From a virus: a stretch of 64,000 bases of DNA. Location of the stretch: the IMG/VR virus record IMGVR_UViG_3300028571_000009, one strand, 5' to 3'. Below the pieces are notes generated by a model. It made no database searches and was not told the origin of the DNA. It saw only the letters and a program-made list of their open reading frames with translations. The position numbers were made by a program, and so were the translations under genes. This document shows positions 10,365 to 21,356 of the stretch, one piece after another; position 1 is the stretch's first letter; each line of letters begins with the position of its first letter.

Positions 10365-10990
10365 AATTATCTTTATTAGATAATAAATTAAACAATAATC
10401 CGTATTGGTCGAATACTATAACAGACACGCCTACTATAAATGATGTAGCATTGTTCGACACAAACGGTTATGATTTATCCGGTTTAGAACAAAAGTATGC
10501 ACTGGTAAATCTATCAGCTTCGTCACATAGATATAAAATGGCATTGAAATATGATTGGTTTACTGATATTGATAACTCATATCAAAATGCCCATATAAAT
10601 CACGCGTTATTGTTTGAAAGAAAAGGCTATGATAACGAAGCTAAAGAGCAGTTAATAAAATTTTCTGAGCAATTGCCACTATGTCATAAGCTTTTAAAAA
10701 TTCATCCGAAATGGGGAATTGATTTTGCGGTTGATTATTGCGATACATACGGAAATGTTTTTGAAGTATTTCATTATGAATGGGATTCATTTCATTATGA
10801 AGAAGTAGAAAATGTAAAATACAATATGGAGAAATTCATAGTAAGTATGGATTGGGACAATGCAGCGTCGCACTTATTAAAAAGAAAACATGAGTGGGAC
10901 AGTTTATCATTTTTTGAACAAAGTAATTGGAAATGTAATTATTTTGGTGTAGAACCTGAACAATTCAAAATAGTAATTTGGAATACATGA
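10361..10990 (+). CDS. Hypothetical phage protein
   Basis: 209 aa, overlaps the upstream stop, aromatic-rich. Confidence 0.55.
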   Translation: MKLSLLDNKLNNNPYWSNTITDTPTINDVALFDTNGYDLSGLEQKYALVNLSASSHRYKMALKYDWFTDIDNSYQNAHINHALLFERKGYDNEAKEQLIKFSEQLPLCHKLLKIHPKWGIDFAVDYCDTYGNVFEVFHYEWDSFHYEEVENVKYNMEKFIVSMDWDNAASHLLKRKHEWDSLSFFEQSNWKCNYFGVEPEQFKIVIWNT

Positions 10991-11003
10991 GATATTTATT
11001 AGT

Positions 11004-11450
11004 ATGAAACTACAAAACGTATTGTTAGAAGATTGCTGGGATGGATATACCCAAATCGGTATGAAAGAAAAAGACGGGAAAAAAGTACCTAATTGTGTAC
11101 CCGTTAAGGAGAGTATTATGTGTAATGAATGCGCACTTATAATGCTTAAATCATTACGTGAATCTACACTAACAGAAGCTGATTACCAAGGTCGCACAGT
11201 AACATTGAATAAACCCACTCGTGGCGATGTCGCTAAATATAAAGTATATGTTACTAATGATAAAGGTAATGTCGTTAAGGTAAATTTCGGGGATAAAAAT
11301 ATGTCCATAAAGAGAGATAATCCTGTTAGGAAAAAATCTTTTAGAGCGCGACATAAATGTGACCAAAAGAAAGACAAAACGACTGCGGGTTATTGGAGTT
11401 GTAAAATGTGGTCGTCCACACCGGTTAGTCAAATTTTAAAAGGTAAGTGA
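11004..11450 (+). CDS. Leader-bearing conserved phage protein
   Basis: MKLQNVLLE, CWDGY...KKVPNCVP repeat-type motif, VNFGD...SFRARHKC...AGYWSC domain. Confidence 0.6.
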   Translation: MKLQNVLLEDCWDGYTQIGMKEKDGKKVPNCVPVKESIMCNECALIMLKSLRESTLTEADYQGRTVTLNKPTRGDVAKYKVYVTNDKGNVVKVNFGDKNMSIKRDNPVRKKSFRARHKCDQKKDKTTAGYWSCKMWSSTPVSQILKGK

Positions 11451-11986
11451 TGATAAAGTTAAAATATCTACTTAAAGAATACTCATATAAAGCTTCGAAA
11501 ATTTTTGATTTTGACGATACTTTAGCCACAACTGATACTAATGTAAGAGTTATTCATACTGATGGTACCGAATCAATAATAACACCGGCTGAATATGCTA
11601 TATATGATGCGAAACCGGGTGATAAGTTTGATTATAAGGAATTCAATCAATTATTAAAGTCCCCGAAACCCATAGATAAAATATGGAAGCTGTTAGTTAA
11701 AGCGGCAAAGAATCCTAGCAATAAAGTAACTATTCTAACCGCACGACAATTAGCATTTCCTATTAGATATTGGTTAAAGAAAGCCGGGTTAGACATTTAT
11801 GTCGTGGCGGTTGGTAGCAGTGACCCTAAGGTTAAAGCTGATTGGATTGAAAATGAAATTAAACGTGGGGCCACAGATATTACATTTATAGATGACTCAG
11901 AAAAGAATGTAAAGGCTGTTAGTAAATTAGCAGATAAGTATCCCGCAATTAAACTACAATCACTAACACCAAATCAAGTAAGATGA
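11447..11986 (+). CDS. HAD-superfamily phosphatase-like protein with leader
   Basis: IFDFDDTL (DxD motif I), ILTAR, FIDDSEKN; leader MIKLKYLLKE (likely start 11450). Confidence 0.8.
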   Translation: MMIKLKYLLKEYSYKASKIFDFDDTLATTDTNVRVIHTDGTESIITPAEYAIYDAKPGDKFDYKEFNQLLKSPKPIDKIWKLLVKAAKNPSNKVTILTARQLAFPIRYWLKKAGLDIYVVAVGSSDPKVKADWIENEIKRGATDITFIDDSEKNVKAVSKLADKYPAIKLQSLTPNQVR

Positions 11987-12261
11987 AGTTAAAAGAATTA
12001 ATAACTACCATTACCGAGAGTTTCGGTGGTCCTGGTAAAATGATACTACCCGCAAATCATAAAGCCGGATTAAAGGTAACTAAGGGTGGTAGTTGTTGTG
12101 CAAATTGTAAATACTGGGATACTGAAAATGAAGTATGTACAAGTAAATATTATCAAAAATGGGCAAAGACAGATAAAATACCTTATGCCCCTAATGAATA
12201 TTGTACAAATTGGTGGGAACCGAACATAATAAAGGTTAAACCAAAAACAGAAAACGAGTAA
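11983..12261 (+). CDS. Small Cys-rich leader-bearing protein
   Basis: MKLKELITTITE; CANCKYW...C...C. Confidence 0.55.
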   Translation: MKLKELITTITESFGGPGKMILPANHKAGLKVTKGGSCCANCKYWDTENEVCTSKYYQKWAKTDKIPYAPNEYCTNWWEPNIIKVKPKTENE

Positions 12262-12262
12262 C

Positions 12263-12859
12263 ATGGATATCAATAAGTTAAAAGGTAGTATACCTGATTC
12301 GGTGCTAGCACAAATACCGACGATTGTAACTAAATTCGGAATTAATACACCACTTCGATTAGCACATTTCCTTTCACAGTGCGCACATGAGTCTGGCGAC
12401 TTTAGAGTAACGACAGAAAATCTAAACTACTCCGCAGATGGGTTAAAGAAAACATTCTCAAAATATTTCCCGGGCACATTAAATGAAACGTATGCTAGAA
12501 ATCAACCAGCAATAGCGAACAGAGTATATGCTAATAGAATGGGTAATGGTGATGAAAAGAGTGGTGATGGATATAAATTTCGTGGTCGCTCATATTTACA
12601 AATAACCGGCCGAAACAACTATGCAGAATTTTCATCTGCTATCGGAGAAAATTGTCTAACGAACCCAGATTTATTATCCGCAAAATATGCATTAGCCGCA
12701 GCGGCATGGTATTGGGATTATAGAAAAATAAATACTGCGGCTGATACCGGGCCCGGCACCGAATCAATTAAAGCTGTTACTAAACTAATTAACGGTGGTT
12801 ACATAGGATTATTAGACCGAATAGAAAAATTTAATAAGTATTTCGCTCTATTATCATAA
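12263..12859 (+). CDS. GH19-family endolysin / lytic enzyme
   Basis: AHFLSQCAHES, ENLNYS, DGYKFRGRSYLQITGRNNY and VTKLINGG motifs. Confidence 0.9.
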   Translation: MDINKLKGSIPDSVLAQIPTIVTKFGINTPLRLAHFLSQCAHESGDFRVTTENLNYSADGLKKTFSKYFPGTLNETYARNQPAIANRVYANRMGNGDEKSGDGYKFRGRSYLQITGRNNYAEFSSAIGENCLTNPDLLSAKYALAAAAWYWDYRKINTAADTGPGTESIKAVTKLINGGYIGLLDRIEKFNKYFALLS

Positions 12860-12906
12860 GAATACGTTTATTATTCAAATAGCGATAATTATTAAAAAGA
12901 GATAAT

Positions 12907-14058
12907 ATGTCGCAAACAATAATTCCGATATGGCCGGGCAGTTCATCGTTTACCACAGGGTCGACACCTTTCGGGTTTTATGATGCTGATAATGATTTTA
13001 CATCATCAATTGATAAGGTGACATTATGGTGTGCTCGTAGATTAGGATATCCAATCGTAAATATAGAACTTCAAGATATTAATTTTTACGCTGCATTCGA
13101 AGAAGCTATTACAGAGTATTCCAATCAAGTAAATCAATTCAATATTCGTGATAATATGCTCACACTTACAGGTGCGAGCACATCTACAAATTTATCACAA
13201 CGTGTAATTTCTAATAATTTCGATAGAATAATTACATTATCATCAGAATATGGTACTGAATCAGGATATGGTGGTACTGTTACATACAAGTCCGCTTCGC
13301 TTCAATTGGTAACCGGTGTACAGAATTACAATTTATCTAGTTCATTAGTATTGGAAGGTACTGATGCGTGGGGCGATATTGAAATTAAGAAAATTCATCA
13401 CTACGCACCACCCGCAATTACTCGGTATTTCGACCCATTCGTTGGAACGGGTATGGGCAGCCAGCAAATGTTAGAACAGTTTGGCTGGGGCGCGTATTCA
13501 CCGGGCGTATCATTTATGATGATGCCAATGTATGCTGATTTGCTTAGATTACAAGCTATCGAGTTCAACGACCAGATAAGACGTTCTGGCTATGGGTTTG
13601 AATTACATAACAATAGATTAAAAATATTTCCAGTACCTACAACCGGTCTTAAGGTTTGGGTTGAATATATCGTTAAGTCAGAACGTGCGAATCCGTTAAA
13701 ACAATCAACAGGATTAGTATCTGATTTCAGTAATGCACCGTATAATCGGATAACATATTCAAATGTAAACCACCCCGGACGTCAATGGATTCTAATGTAT
13801 ACGTTAGCATTATGTAAAGAAACGTTAGGCTATATACGTAACAAGTACTCAGCTATACCATTCCCTAATGCCGAGATAACATTAACGGGCGGTGATTTAA
13901 TCGCTCAAGGAAAAGAGGAAAAAACTGAGTTAGTGGCACAGTTACGAGAGAACCTAGAGGCAACTAGTAGAAGCGTGCAGTTGACGAAGAAACAAGAAGA
14001 GTCAGAAGCATTACAAAATCAATTAACTAAGATGCCAATTGGTATCTGGATAGGATAA
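12907..14058 (+). CDS. Neck / head-tail adaptor protein (gp13-like)
   Basis: RRLGYPIVNIEL, FEEAITEY; terminal PIGIWIG; position. Confidence 0.7.
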   Translation: MSQTIIPIWPGSSSFTTGSTPFGFYDADNDFTSSIDKVTLWCARRLGYPIVNIELQDINFYAAFEEAITEYSNQVNQFNIRDNMLTLTGASTSTNLSQRVISNNFDRIITLSSEYGTESGYGGTVTYKSASLQLVTGVQNYNLSSSLVLEGTDAWGDIEIKKIHHYAPPAITRYFDPFVGTGMGSQQMLEQFGWGAYSPGVSFMMMPMYADLLRLQAIEFNDQIRRSGYGFELHNNRLKIFPVPTTGLKVWVEYIVKSERANPLKQSTGLVSDFSNAPYNRITYSNVNHPGRQWILMYTLALCKETLGYIRNKYSAIPFPNAEITLTGGDLIAQGKEEKTELVAQLRENLEATSRSVQLTKKQEESEALQNQLTKMPIGIWIG

Positions 14059-14075
14059 AAATTAGTATAGAAATC

Positions 14076-14870
14076 ATGATAAATTGGAAACAACTATATT
14101 ATCGGTTATTATTAGAAGGTGAGGTATCTATCGATACCACCGGCGAGTATCATCATTCCGTTCCTAGGCATTCTGACGGTGTCGATAGTCGCTTAGTTAA
14201 ATTATCTCATAGAAATCATACATTAGCTCATTATATTAGATTTAGGTGGTTGGGGCATCCGGGTGATAAAGTGGCATATCAAATGATGTCTGGACAGTTA
14301 TTAAATCCTATGCATGACCCGTTTATTCGTGCTAAGGTAATTACTTATAATCAATCTGCAGCCGGCAGACAAAAATCGAGTGATACATTTACAAGATATT
14401 ATGCGAATCCTGAAAACCTAGCTCGGCATTCCGAACAACGAAAACAGTTTATAGCTAACATGCCAGATAAGCGTGTAATGACTGCTCATATGAATGACCC
14501 GCAAAAGATATCGGACTATATTGAAAAACGGGTGGCTACATATAAACAAACTGCAAAAAATAACCCAGAACGATTTGCAAATAATTCAAAGTTGCGTGGT
14601 GATATATTGCGTCGCAACAATCTTTTACGTTCTGATATAGAATTAGCCGATATATACGGCCGCGGTACCGGTGCTAACAATCCTAAGTGGCGCGGCTACG
14701 TTATTGTTGAACTCGGTAATAACAAACAAATATTTGATAGTTTTCAAGATGCATATCAAAAAATAGGCCTAACATATGGACTGGCTAATAAGTATAAAAA
14801 TACGAATATACCGGTTAAAGCTGGTAGATTAAAGGGTAGTATTATTTCATTAACTAAATTTATTTCATAA
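14076..14870 (+). mobile_element. Free-standing HNH homing endonuclease gene
   Basis: EYHHSVPRHSDGVD...LVKLSHRNHTLAH; inserted between the two neck genes. Confidence 0.7.
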
Positions 14871-15394
14871 TGTGCGCTCTATTCGCCGGAGAGAGGGATA
14901 TGTCGTTATTCTATCATCTTAATAAAGAGATGATAACTAGAGTAATGGACGTACAGGTCTTATTATATAAGATTAATCTTAATGGTACGGATGTAAATAT
15001 ATATGGTGAGTCAAGTAAAAAATCATACGATGCTCCGATACTAGTTCACACTGTAATTAATCTAACACCGTCAGATTCGACAGGTGAAGACTTTGGTGTC
15101 GAACAAGTACAACAATGTGAGTTTGCTTTCCTACGAGATTTATTAGTTGAAGCCGATATAGTCCCAGAAATTGGTGACCTTATTGAATATGATAGTGCGT
15201 TCTGGGAAATTGACAATACAAACGAATGGCAATATTACGCAGGTAAAAATCCTGATAGTTGGCTCGGTGGTACTAATTTCGGGCATTCTATATCTATAGT
15301 ATGTAACACGCATAGAACCCGCCAATCGCAGTTACAAATTATTCCGGTTAGAACGGGGACTCAACCTAGAAAAGCATTGCCTAAAAATATATGA
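14870..15394 (+). CDS. Neck / head completion protein (gp14-like)
   Basis: LYKINL...NIYGES, PEIGDLIEY, WEIDN motifs; position. Confidence 0.65.
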   Translation: MCALFAGERDMSLFYHLNKEMITRVMDVQVLLYKINLNGTDVNIYGESSKKSYDAPILVHTVINLTPSDSTGEDFGVEQVQQCEFAFLRDLLVEADIVPEIGDLIEYDSAFWEIDNTNEWQYYAGKNPDSWLGGTNFGHSISIVCNTHRTRQSQLQIIPVRTGTQPRKALPKNI

Positions 15395-16584
15395 AGCCAA
15401 TAATACCAAATAAAACAGAAAATACGTTTGGGGCAAATAGTCCATTACGGCGCGAAACACAAACGCGTAGGGATAATGATAAGCAAAAGAATATTAGCGT
15501 ATCATTATATGATATAGACTACAATGTGAAGTGGCATATTGATAATGTTATCGTACCGCAATTAATTGATAACGGGCAGATAATCAGAATACCTATTCTA
15601 TTTAGTACTCCGGAGAAATGGGCGTCTATTAGAGAACAGGGATATTTACGAGATAATAAACAAAAAGTATTAGCTCCGATAGTATTAATCAAACGAAATT
15701 CTGTCACACCACGCGAAGATATTAATACCAGTGCTATATTTAGAGATATTAAGAGCAAGGATAGTAATAACTCGATAATGTTCGAGAAGAAATATACCAA
15801 CGAAAATAGATACGACCAATTTTCGTTATTGAACGGACGCCCACCACTGCGGGAATTTTATGCAATTGAAATTCCTACATATGTAGAAGTACAATATGAT
15901 GTAATGATATGGACTGATACAGTGGTTCAACTTAATGAAGTTCTGGAGCAGTTTCTATTTTACGATGGAAAGGCATTTGGTGATACGTATAAGTTTATGA
16001 CTTATATTGATAGTCCAACATTTGAACATGTTAATGCTACGACCGAAGACCGTTTAGTTAGATGTAATCTATCGTTAAGAACAAAAGGATACTTAGTGCA
16101 GGAACATATAAACAATGCTCCGAATATGCGTAAGTTCTTTAATATGAATAAGGTACAATTTGATATTGAAGTAGCCGGCGCATCTGAAATATTAGCTGCC
16201 GGACCGAAAACAGGCGCGCGGGTATCATTCACTAGACCGGTAGCTCCAGCATCCGGGGCATCTGTATCAACCGAAGTTATAACATTCCTTAATACAAACG
16301 TAACGGTTAATGCTGATACTATAACGGCTTTATATGCTGACTTCAATAATGTTCAGATATTAAGTTCACCATCAGCAACTATTCCAGCACCAGACAAATA
16401 CAGTTTTGCTTATTTTATTAATGGTCAATATGTAACACCTGCAGTGATATCGAGTATAGTGAATCAAACTTCATCGACGGTACGTGTAACATTTGATACT
16501 AGTATTTTAGGTTACACACTAGAAAGCACAGATGTGATTACAGTTTCCGGTAAATTCTCAGGTAATAGCGATACAACAATATGA
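15391..16584 (+). CDS. Tail terminator / sheath stabilizer (gp15-like) with C-terminal extension
   Basis: IPILFSTPEKW, PTYVEVQYDVMIWT, QLNEVLEQF; position. Confidence 0.65.
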   Translation: MKPIIPNKTENTFGANSPLRRETQTRRDNDKQKNISVSLYDIDYNVKWHIDNVIVPQLIDNGQIIRIPILFSTPEKWASIREQGYLRDNKQKVLAPIVLIKRNSVTPREDINTSAIFRDIKSKDSNNSIMFEKKYTNENRYDQFSLLNGRPPLREFYAIEIPTYVEVQYDVMIWTDTVVQLNEVLEQFLFYDGKAFGDTYKFMTYIDSPTFEHVNATTEDRLVRCNLSLRTKGYLVQEHINNAPNMRKFFNMNKVQFDIEVAGASEILAAGPKTGARVSFTRPVAPASGASVSTEVITFLNTNVTVNADTITALYADFNNVQILSSPSATIPAPDKYSFAYFINGQYVTPAVISSIVNQTSSTVRVTFDTSILGYTLESTDVITVSGKFSGNSDTTI

Positions 16585-17147
16585 TTTTAATACATAACAA
16601 ACAATTATTATATCCATTATCAGGAAGCTTCACAGGAAGCTTTACCGGCAGTTTTACGGGCAACGGGGCAGGATTAACTAATCTACCAATATCACCGACA
16701 TCTAGTTACGCGGTGTACGCTGAGTCAGCAACCAGTGCTTCATATGCAACCAGTGCATTAAGTTCTTCATACGCAACGCGCGCATTAAGTTCTTCATACT
16801 CAAGTACCGCGTCATATTATGATGTCAGCAATTTGGTTACTACCAGTTCATTTAATGCATTCACATCTAGCTATAACGAAGCCAGCTCTTCATTTGTAAC
16901 AAACATATATGGATTAACGAGTGCCACATCTAGCTACGTATTAAATGCACAGACCAGTTCAATGAGTGTGTTGAGTAGTTCATATGCGGGGACCGCATCA
17001 TTTGTAGAGAACGCTATCAGTTCGTCGTATTCTGATAATAGTGTAAGCTCATCGTATGCCATCAGTGCATCATATGCCCCGTTTCCGGCAATACCCGCTT
17101 CAACACCACCAGCATTAAATGTATTTACCTGGATGAATTTCTATTAA
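16581..17147 (+). CDS. Ser/Ala-rich repeat structural protein
   Basis: GSFTGSFTGSFTG followed by many xSSYA repeats. Confidence 0.6.
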   Translation: MILIHNKQLLYPLSGSFTGSFTGSFTGNGAGLTNLPISPTSSYAVYAESATSASYATSALSSSYATRALSSSYSSTASYYDVSNLVTTSSFNAFTSSYNEASSSFVTNIYGLTSATSSYVLNAQTSSMSVLSSSYAGTASFVENAISSSYSDNSVSSSYAISASYAPFPAIPASTPPALNVFTWMNFY

Positions 17148-17180
17148 ATTCGATATTTATTAGTAAATAATCACATAATT

Positions 17181-17603
17181 ATGGCACAGAATACGTCACC
17201 GATTTTTATCCTAACCCCGGACACTACGACTGTTGTAGTAGATGCCTCCAGCTCATTACGTGATGGCTCGGGTTCATTATTTACATTATTCGCAGCGGGT
17301 CCGAGTGGTTCCCGTGTAGATTCTGTAACATGGACATCAGCACAATCGTCATCATATGCCGCTTCATCAGCAATGGTTGGTCGCGTATTCATAACAGATA
17401 CGGCCGGTTTAAATCCTAGATTATTACAAGAAGTGGCGATTGCTACTGTGACACCATCTGCTACCGTAATAGGCGCACAAGCGATTATTAACTTTACAAA
17501 CGGACTTCTAATGAACTCAGGTTCATTATTAAGGGTAAATCAATCAGTATATGCAGGCGTACAAGACCGTATGGCAGTAGTGGCGCGCGGTGGTGATTAT
17601 TAA
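17181..17603 (+). CDS. Putative small tail or fibre-associated structural protein
   Basis: 140 aa beta-rich, preceded by TATTTAT motif, precedes the fibre-like triplet. Confidence 0.5.
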   Translation: MAQNTSPIFILTPDTTTVVVDASSSLRDGSGSLFTLFAAGPSGSRVDSVTWTSAQSSSYAASSAMVGRVFITDTAGLNPRLLQEVAIATVTPSATVIGAQAIINFTNGLLMNSGSLLRVNQSVYAGVQDRMAVVARGGDY

Positions 17604-17617
17604 AAGTAATTACCGAC

Positions 17618-18826
17618 ATGGTACAACAATTAGGTTACAATAATCCATCAAATATTGGTGTTTTAGGTATAATGAATTCACAAGGAAATTATACTTACTA
17701 TGCTGACTATACATCTGCTTTAAAAAATGCTAAAGCTGGTGATACAATTGTACAATTTGCGAACATTGTAGAGCAGAATCAAGTTACACTCATACTTAAA
17801 AATGGTGTTAACTTAAATCTAAATGGTTTTATTTATGAGTTTAAGCGCGGATTTTATTTTTATGATAATAACGTTGCTGTTGCGTGTTCAATAATGAATG
17901 GAAAAATCTATTCGGGTGTTGCAAGTAATACAACATCTTTATTTATAATACTAAATGCATCATCTGTAATTACAACAAATTGTACAATTGAAGCGACAAT
18001 GGGTAGCAGTTCATCAGCGGTTCAATGTAATGGAACTTGGATAGGTGGTATTTTTAGAGTATCAACAGGATATGCTATTACGACAGGTATATATTCAGCA
18101 GGTGGTGGTAGTGGCGTTTTAATAAATGCTAATGTATATGGAGGAGTATATACAGGCGGTGCTTTTGGTGGTGGTGGTACACTTAGAAATTGTGTTGTAG
18201 TGGGCGGTGTATTCACAATAGGAATAGTATCAATGCAAAATTGTGTTGTAATAGGAACCACATCATGTTCGAGTAATACATTAACAACATATAATTGCAT
18301 ATTTTATAACTCAAGTGGTTTTGGATTATATTATTCTAATAATACTTATAGTGGTGTACATACAAATTTGGTTGTAATATCACTAACGGGCTCTGGTGGT
18401 GCTGTGTTATGTGGTGGTGCAACATTTTATAATTGTTTTTTTTATTCTGGTGTTGCTCCTATATTTAAGGATAATGGAAGTGTATATGGTATATCACAAA
18501 TTAGCCAATTTAATAAATTTTACAATTGTACGTTAGTCGCAGCTGCGTCAATTCTTACAAATTCATTTAATGATACATATGTTAATTCAACATTAAATTG
18601 TCTATGGAACAATGCTGGGGGACATTCAACTTGGTATCCATTATCTATTATTAAATGTTATTTAAAAGTAGCAAATGTAAATGCAAAATGTGTTTACGCA
18701 CCAATAGCGACTACAGCAACATTTGTTAAAAATACATATCAAGGAGCTGTTGTACCAGTTGATGGGAATGTAGTACAATCACAACAAAATACAAGAGATT
18801 TGTATGGAAATATAACAATAGGATGA
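17618..18826 (+). CDS. Parallel beta-helix protein, paralog 1 (putative receptor-binding / fibre)
   Basis: Shared N-terminus QQLGY...YTYYADYTSA...VQFANIVE...LKNGVN, NCxF repeats, C-terminal DLYGNI. Confidence 0.6.
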   Translation: MVQQLGYNNPSNIGVLGIMNSQGNYTYYADYTSALKNAKAGDTIVQFANIVEQNQVTLILKNGVNLNLNGFIYEFKRGFYFYDNNVAVACSIMNGKIYSGVASNTTSLFIILNASSVITTNCTIEATMGSSSSAVQCNGTWIGGIFRVSTGYAITTGIYSAGGGSGVLINANVYGGVYTGGAFGGGGTLRNCVVVGGVFTIGIVSMQNCVVIGTTSCSSNTLTTYNCIFYNSSGFGLYYSNNTYSGVHTNLVVISLTGSGGAVLCGGATFYNCFFYSGVAPIFKDNGSVYGISQISQFNKFYNCTLVAAASILTNSFNDTYVNSTLNCLWNNAGGHSTWYPLSIIKCYLKVANVNAKCVYAPIATTATFVKNTYQGAVVPVDGNVVQSQQNTRDLYGNITIG

Positions 18827-20091
18827 TACAACAATTAGGATATAATAACCCAGGAAATAATGGACCTTTAGGAATCGCAGATTCGCAAGGGAACTATACA
18901 TATTATGCTGACTATACTTCGGCTTTAAAAAATGCCAAAGCTGGTGACACGATTGTACAATTTGCAAATATTGTAGAAACAAAACCAGTTGTTCTTACTT
19001 TAAAAAATGGTGTGAACATCAATATGAATGGGTTTACTTATACATCATTATTATTTCCTACTGGAGCTAATAATGCTACACCCGTATTTTTATGGGATGG
19101 TAATATTGCTGTAACTTGTACTATAAGTAATGGTTCTTTTAAATCGTCTCATACATCTGCTACAGGTGTGATGGTTTATATACAAAATGCATCATCAAAT
19201 ATTACAACTAATTGTTATTTTGAAAGCGTTTCTACAAGCTTTAGTAATTTTGTATTACTTCGTAATGTAGGCATATGGACAGGTGGTAAGTTTTATCACT
19301 CTGGTTCTCCTGCTGAATATTCTTATGTAAACAGTGGTAGATTAAATAACGCTTATTTAGAATCAGGTTTATATGGTGTAAACAATGGTGGCTATGTAAA
19401 TAATTGTATTATATCTGGCGGCCAGGTGGGTGTTGGAGGGGGAGGTTATGTAAATAATTGTATTATGTTAGGTGTATATGGTATATATAGTAATAATAGT
19501 AGTGGTAAATATAGTAATTGTGTTTCAATATCAACAACAGGTTCTGCTGGATATTTATATGCTGGTTCAGCAGGTATATGTGTAAATTGTGTTTTCATAT
19601 CAACAGCAAGTCACGCATTATCTGCTGGGGTAACTACTGTACATAATTCGTTTCTATACTCAACAGCTGCTCCGTGTATAGGTGGTGGAATGGTCGGTGG
19701 TTCAGGGGTAGCTAATAGAACTAATACATTTTGGAATAGCACATTAATATCAACTACAAATTCGGTCTCAGGTTATTGGAGTAATCAAGCTATTAATACT
19801 AATTCAGGTGCAAGTAATTTTATTAATTGTACTCTAGATTGTCAATGGAATAATCCAGCAGGTCACTGTTTCGTTTCTGATAATAGGTATGGTGCTACCG
19901 CTGGTAACATAGTTTCAAATTGTTATTTAAAAGTATCAAATGTAAATGCAAAATGTTTACACGCAACACTTCCTTCTCCACTATACTTTGTTAATAATAT
20001 TTTTCAAGGAACACAAAAACCTGTTAGCGATAACATATCCCAACAACAAATTAATACAAGAGATTTATATAATAATATTTTAATAGGATGA
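18823..20091 (+). CDS. Parallel beta-helix protein, paralog 2
   Basis: Same conserved termini as its neighbours; ATGA overlap. Confidence 0.6.
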   Translation: MIQQLGYNNPGNNGPLGIADSQGNYTYYADYTSALKNAKAGDTIVQFANIVETKPVVLTLKNGVNINMNGFTYTSLLFPTGANNATPVFLWDGNIAVTCTISNGSFKSSHTSATGVMVYIQNASSNITTNCYFESVSTSFSNFVLLRNVGIWTGGKFYHSGSPAEYSYVNSGRLNNAYLESGLYGVNNGGYVNNCIISGGQVGVGGGGYVNNCIMLGVYGIYSNNSSGKYSNCVSISTTGSAGYLYAGSAGICVNCVFISTASHALSAGVTTVHNSFLYSTAAPCIGGGMVGGSGVANRTNTFWNSTLISTTNSVSGYWSNQAINTNSGASNFINCTLDCQWNNPAGHCFVSDNRYGATAGNIVSNCYLKVSNVNAKCLHATLPSPLYFVNNIFQGTQKPVSDNISQQQINTRDLYNNILIG

Positions 20092-21305
20092 TACAACAAT
20101 TAGGATACGGAGTTAGTGGTAATATAGGAGTACTAGGAATAGTAAATGAGAATGGTAACTATACTTACTATGCTGATTATACATCAGCCATGATTGCTGC
20201 TAAATCTGGTGATGTAGTTGTACAATTCGCAAATATTGTTGAGAGAAAGCCTATAACTGTCACTTTAAAAAATGGCGTGAACATCAACTTAAACGGTTTT
20301 ACATATACTGTAACCACAACTGGTATTTATAATTTTTCAACAACAGCTGCTATTGTATGTTCAATAACTAATGGCACAATAACTGGAGGGATTTTCATTA
20401 ATAATGCAAGTGCAAACATTACAACTAACTGTACAATTAATGGGGGGGTATTAATATATAATGGAAATTGGAATGGTGGAGTTATTAATGGTACATTAAC
20501 GGGCATACTAGGTAATATTACAATAAACAATGTGTGTGTGAATGGTTATGGTTCATTTGGCCCTAACGGTACAACAATTACAATAAATAATTGTATATTT
20601 TCTGCAACAGCAACATATGCTGGTGACTTCGGTACTCAAAATGGAGCACGTTTACAATTTAATAGTTGTACATTTATATCATCAGCAGGGTATGCTTTAG
20701 TTGGTGCTAATGGAAGTTTTTTTAGAACATATAATTGTGTGTGTATTTCAAGAGCCAGCGTTTCTCTTGCAGTAGGAACCTCAGCGCCCGCTGGTGAACA
20801 TACAAATTTAGTAGCAATATCAACAGCATCATATGCATTACTTAGTATTAATGCTACATATTATAATGTATTCGCATATACAACAGGTAATAGTGCATTG
20901 GGTGGTAATGGTAGTAATATAATATTTACAGGTAATATTTTTTCTGTTCGCGGTAATGTATTTTATGGTGGGACACTTATTTCAACAGTTGCTGCATTGA
21001 TACCAAATACGAACCCAAATGGTGAAACTGCTAGAAACAATTCTTTTATAGGAACAACACTTGATTGTCAGTGGAATAATCGAGCTGGTTATTGTGTTGT
21101 AAATTCAAATATAGTTATAAATTGTTTTTTAAAAACAATTCATAGGAAGGCAAATGCCATCACATCAACACCAAATACAGAAAACCCAGTTTCTTGTTAT
21201 GCGTTTGGCAATACATTTTTAGGAATGGAAAAACCAATAGCTGATAATGTAATTTTAGCACAAAATAATGTCCCAGATTTATATGATAATATATTATTAG
21301 GTTAA
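20088..21305 (+). CDS. Parallel beta-helix protein, paralog 3
   Basis: Same conserved termini as its neighbours; ATGA overlap. Confidence 0.6.
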   Translation: MIQQLGYGVSGNIGVLGIVNENGNYTYYADYTSAMIAAKSGDVVVQFANIVERKPITVTLKNGVNINLNGFTYTVTTTGIYNFSTTAAIVCSITNGTITGGIFINNASANITTNCTINGGVLIYNGNWNGGVINGTLTGILGNITINNVCVNGYGSFGPNGTTITINNCIFSATATYAGDFGTQNGARLQFNSCTFISSAGYALVGANGSFFRTYNCVCISRASVSLAVGTSAPAGEHTNLVAISTASYALLSINATYYNVFAYTTGNSALGGNGSNIIFTGNIFSVRGNVFYGGTLISTVAALIPNTNPNGETARNNSFIGTTLDCQWNNRAGYCVVNSNIVINCFLKTIHRKANAITSTPNTENPVSCYAFGNTFLGMEKPIADNVILAQNNVPDLYDNILLG

Positions 21306-21356
21306 AATTTTACAGACAAAATAAAAAAAGCTAATATTTATATATAAATATAATTT

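Noticed and set aside
16581-17147. SSSYA / GSFT repeats as a novel system
   Set aside because: Low-complexity fibre or spacer repeats with no further distinctive signal; kept only as a feature.
17618-21305. Diversity-generating retroelement target
   Set aside because: No reverse transcriptase or template repeat in the window, and divergence between paralogs is not adenine-specific.
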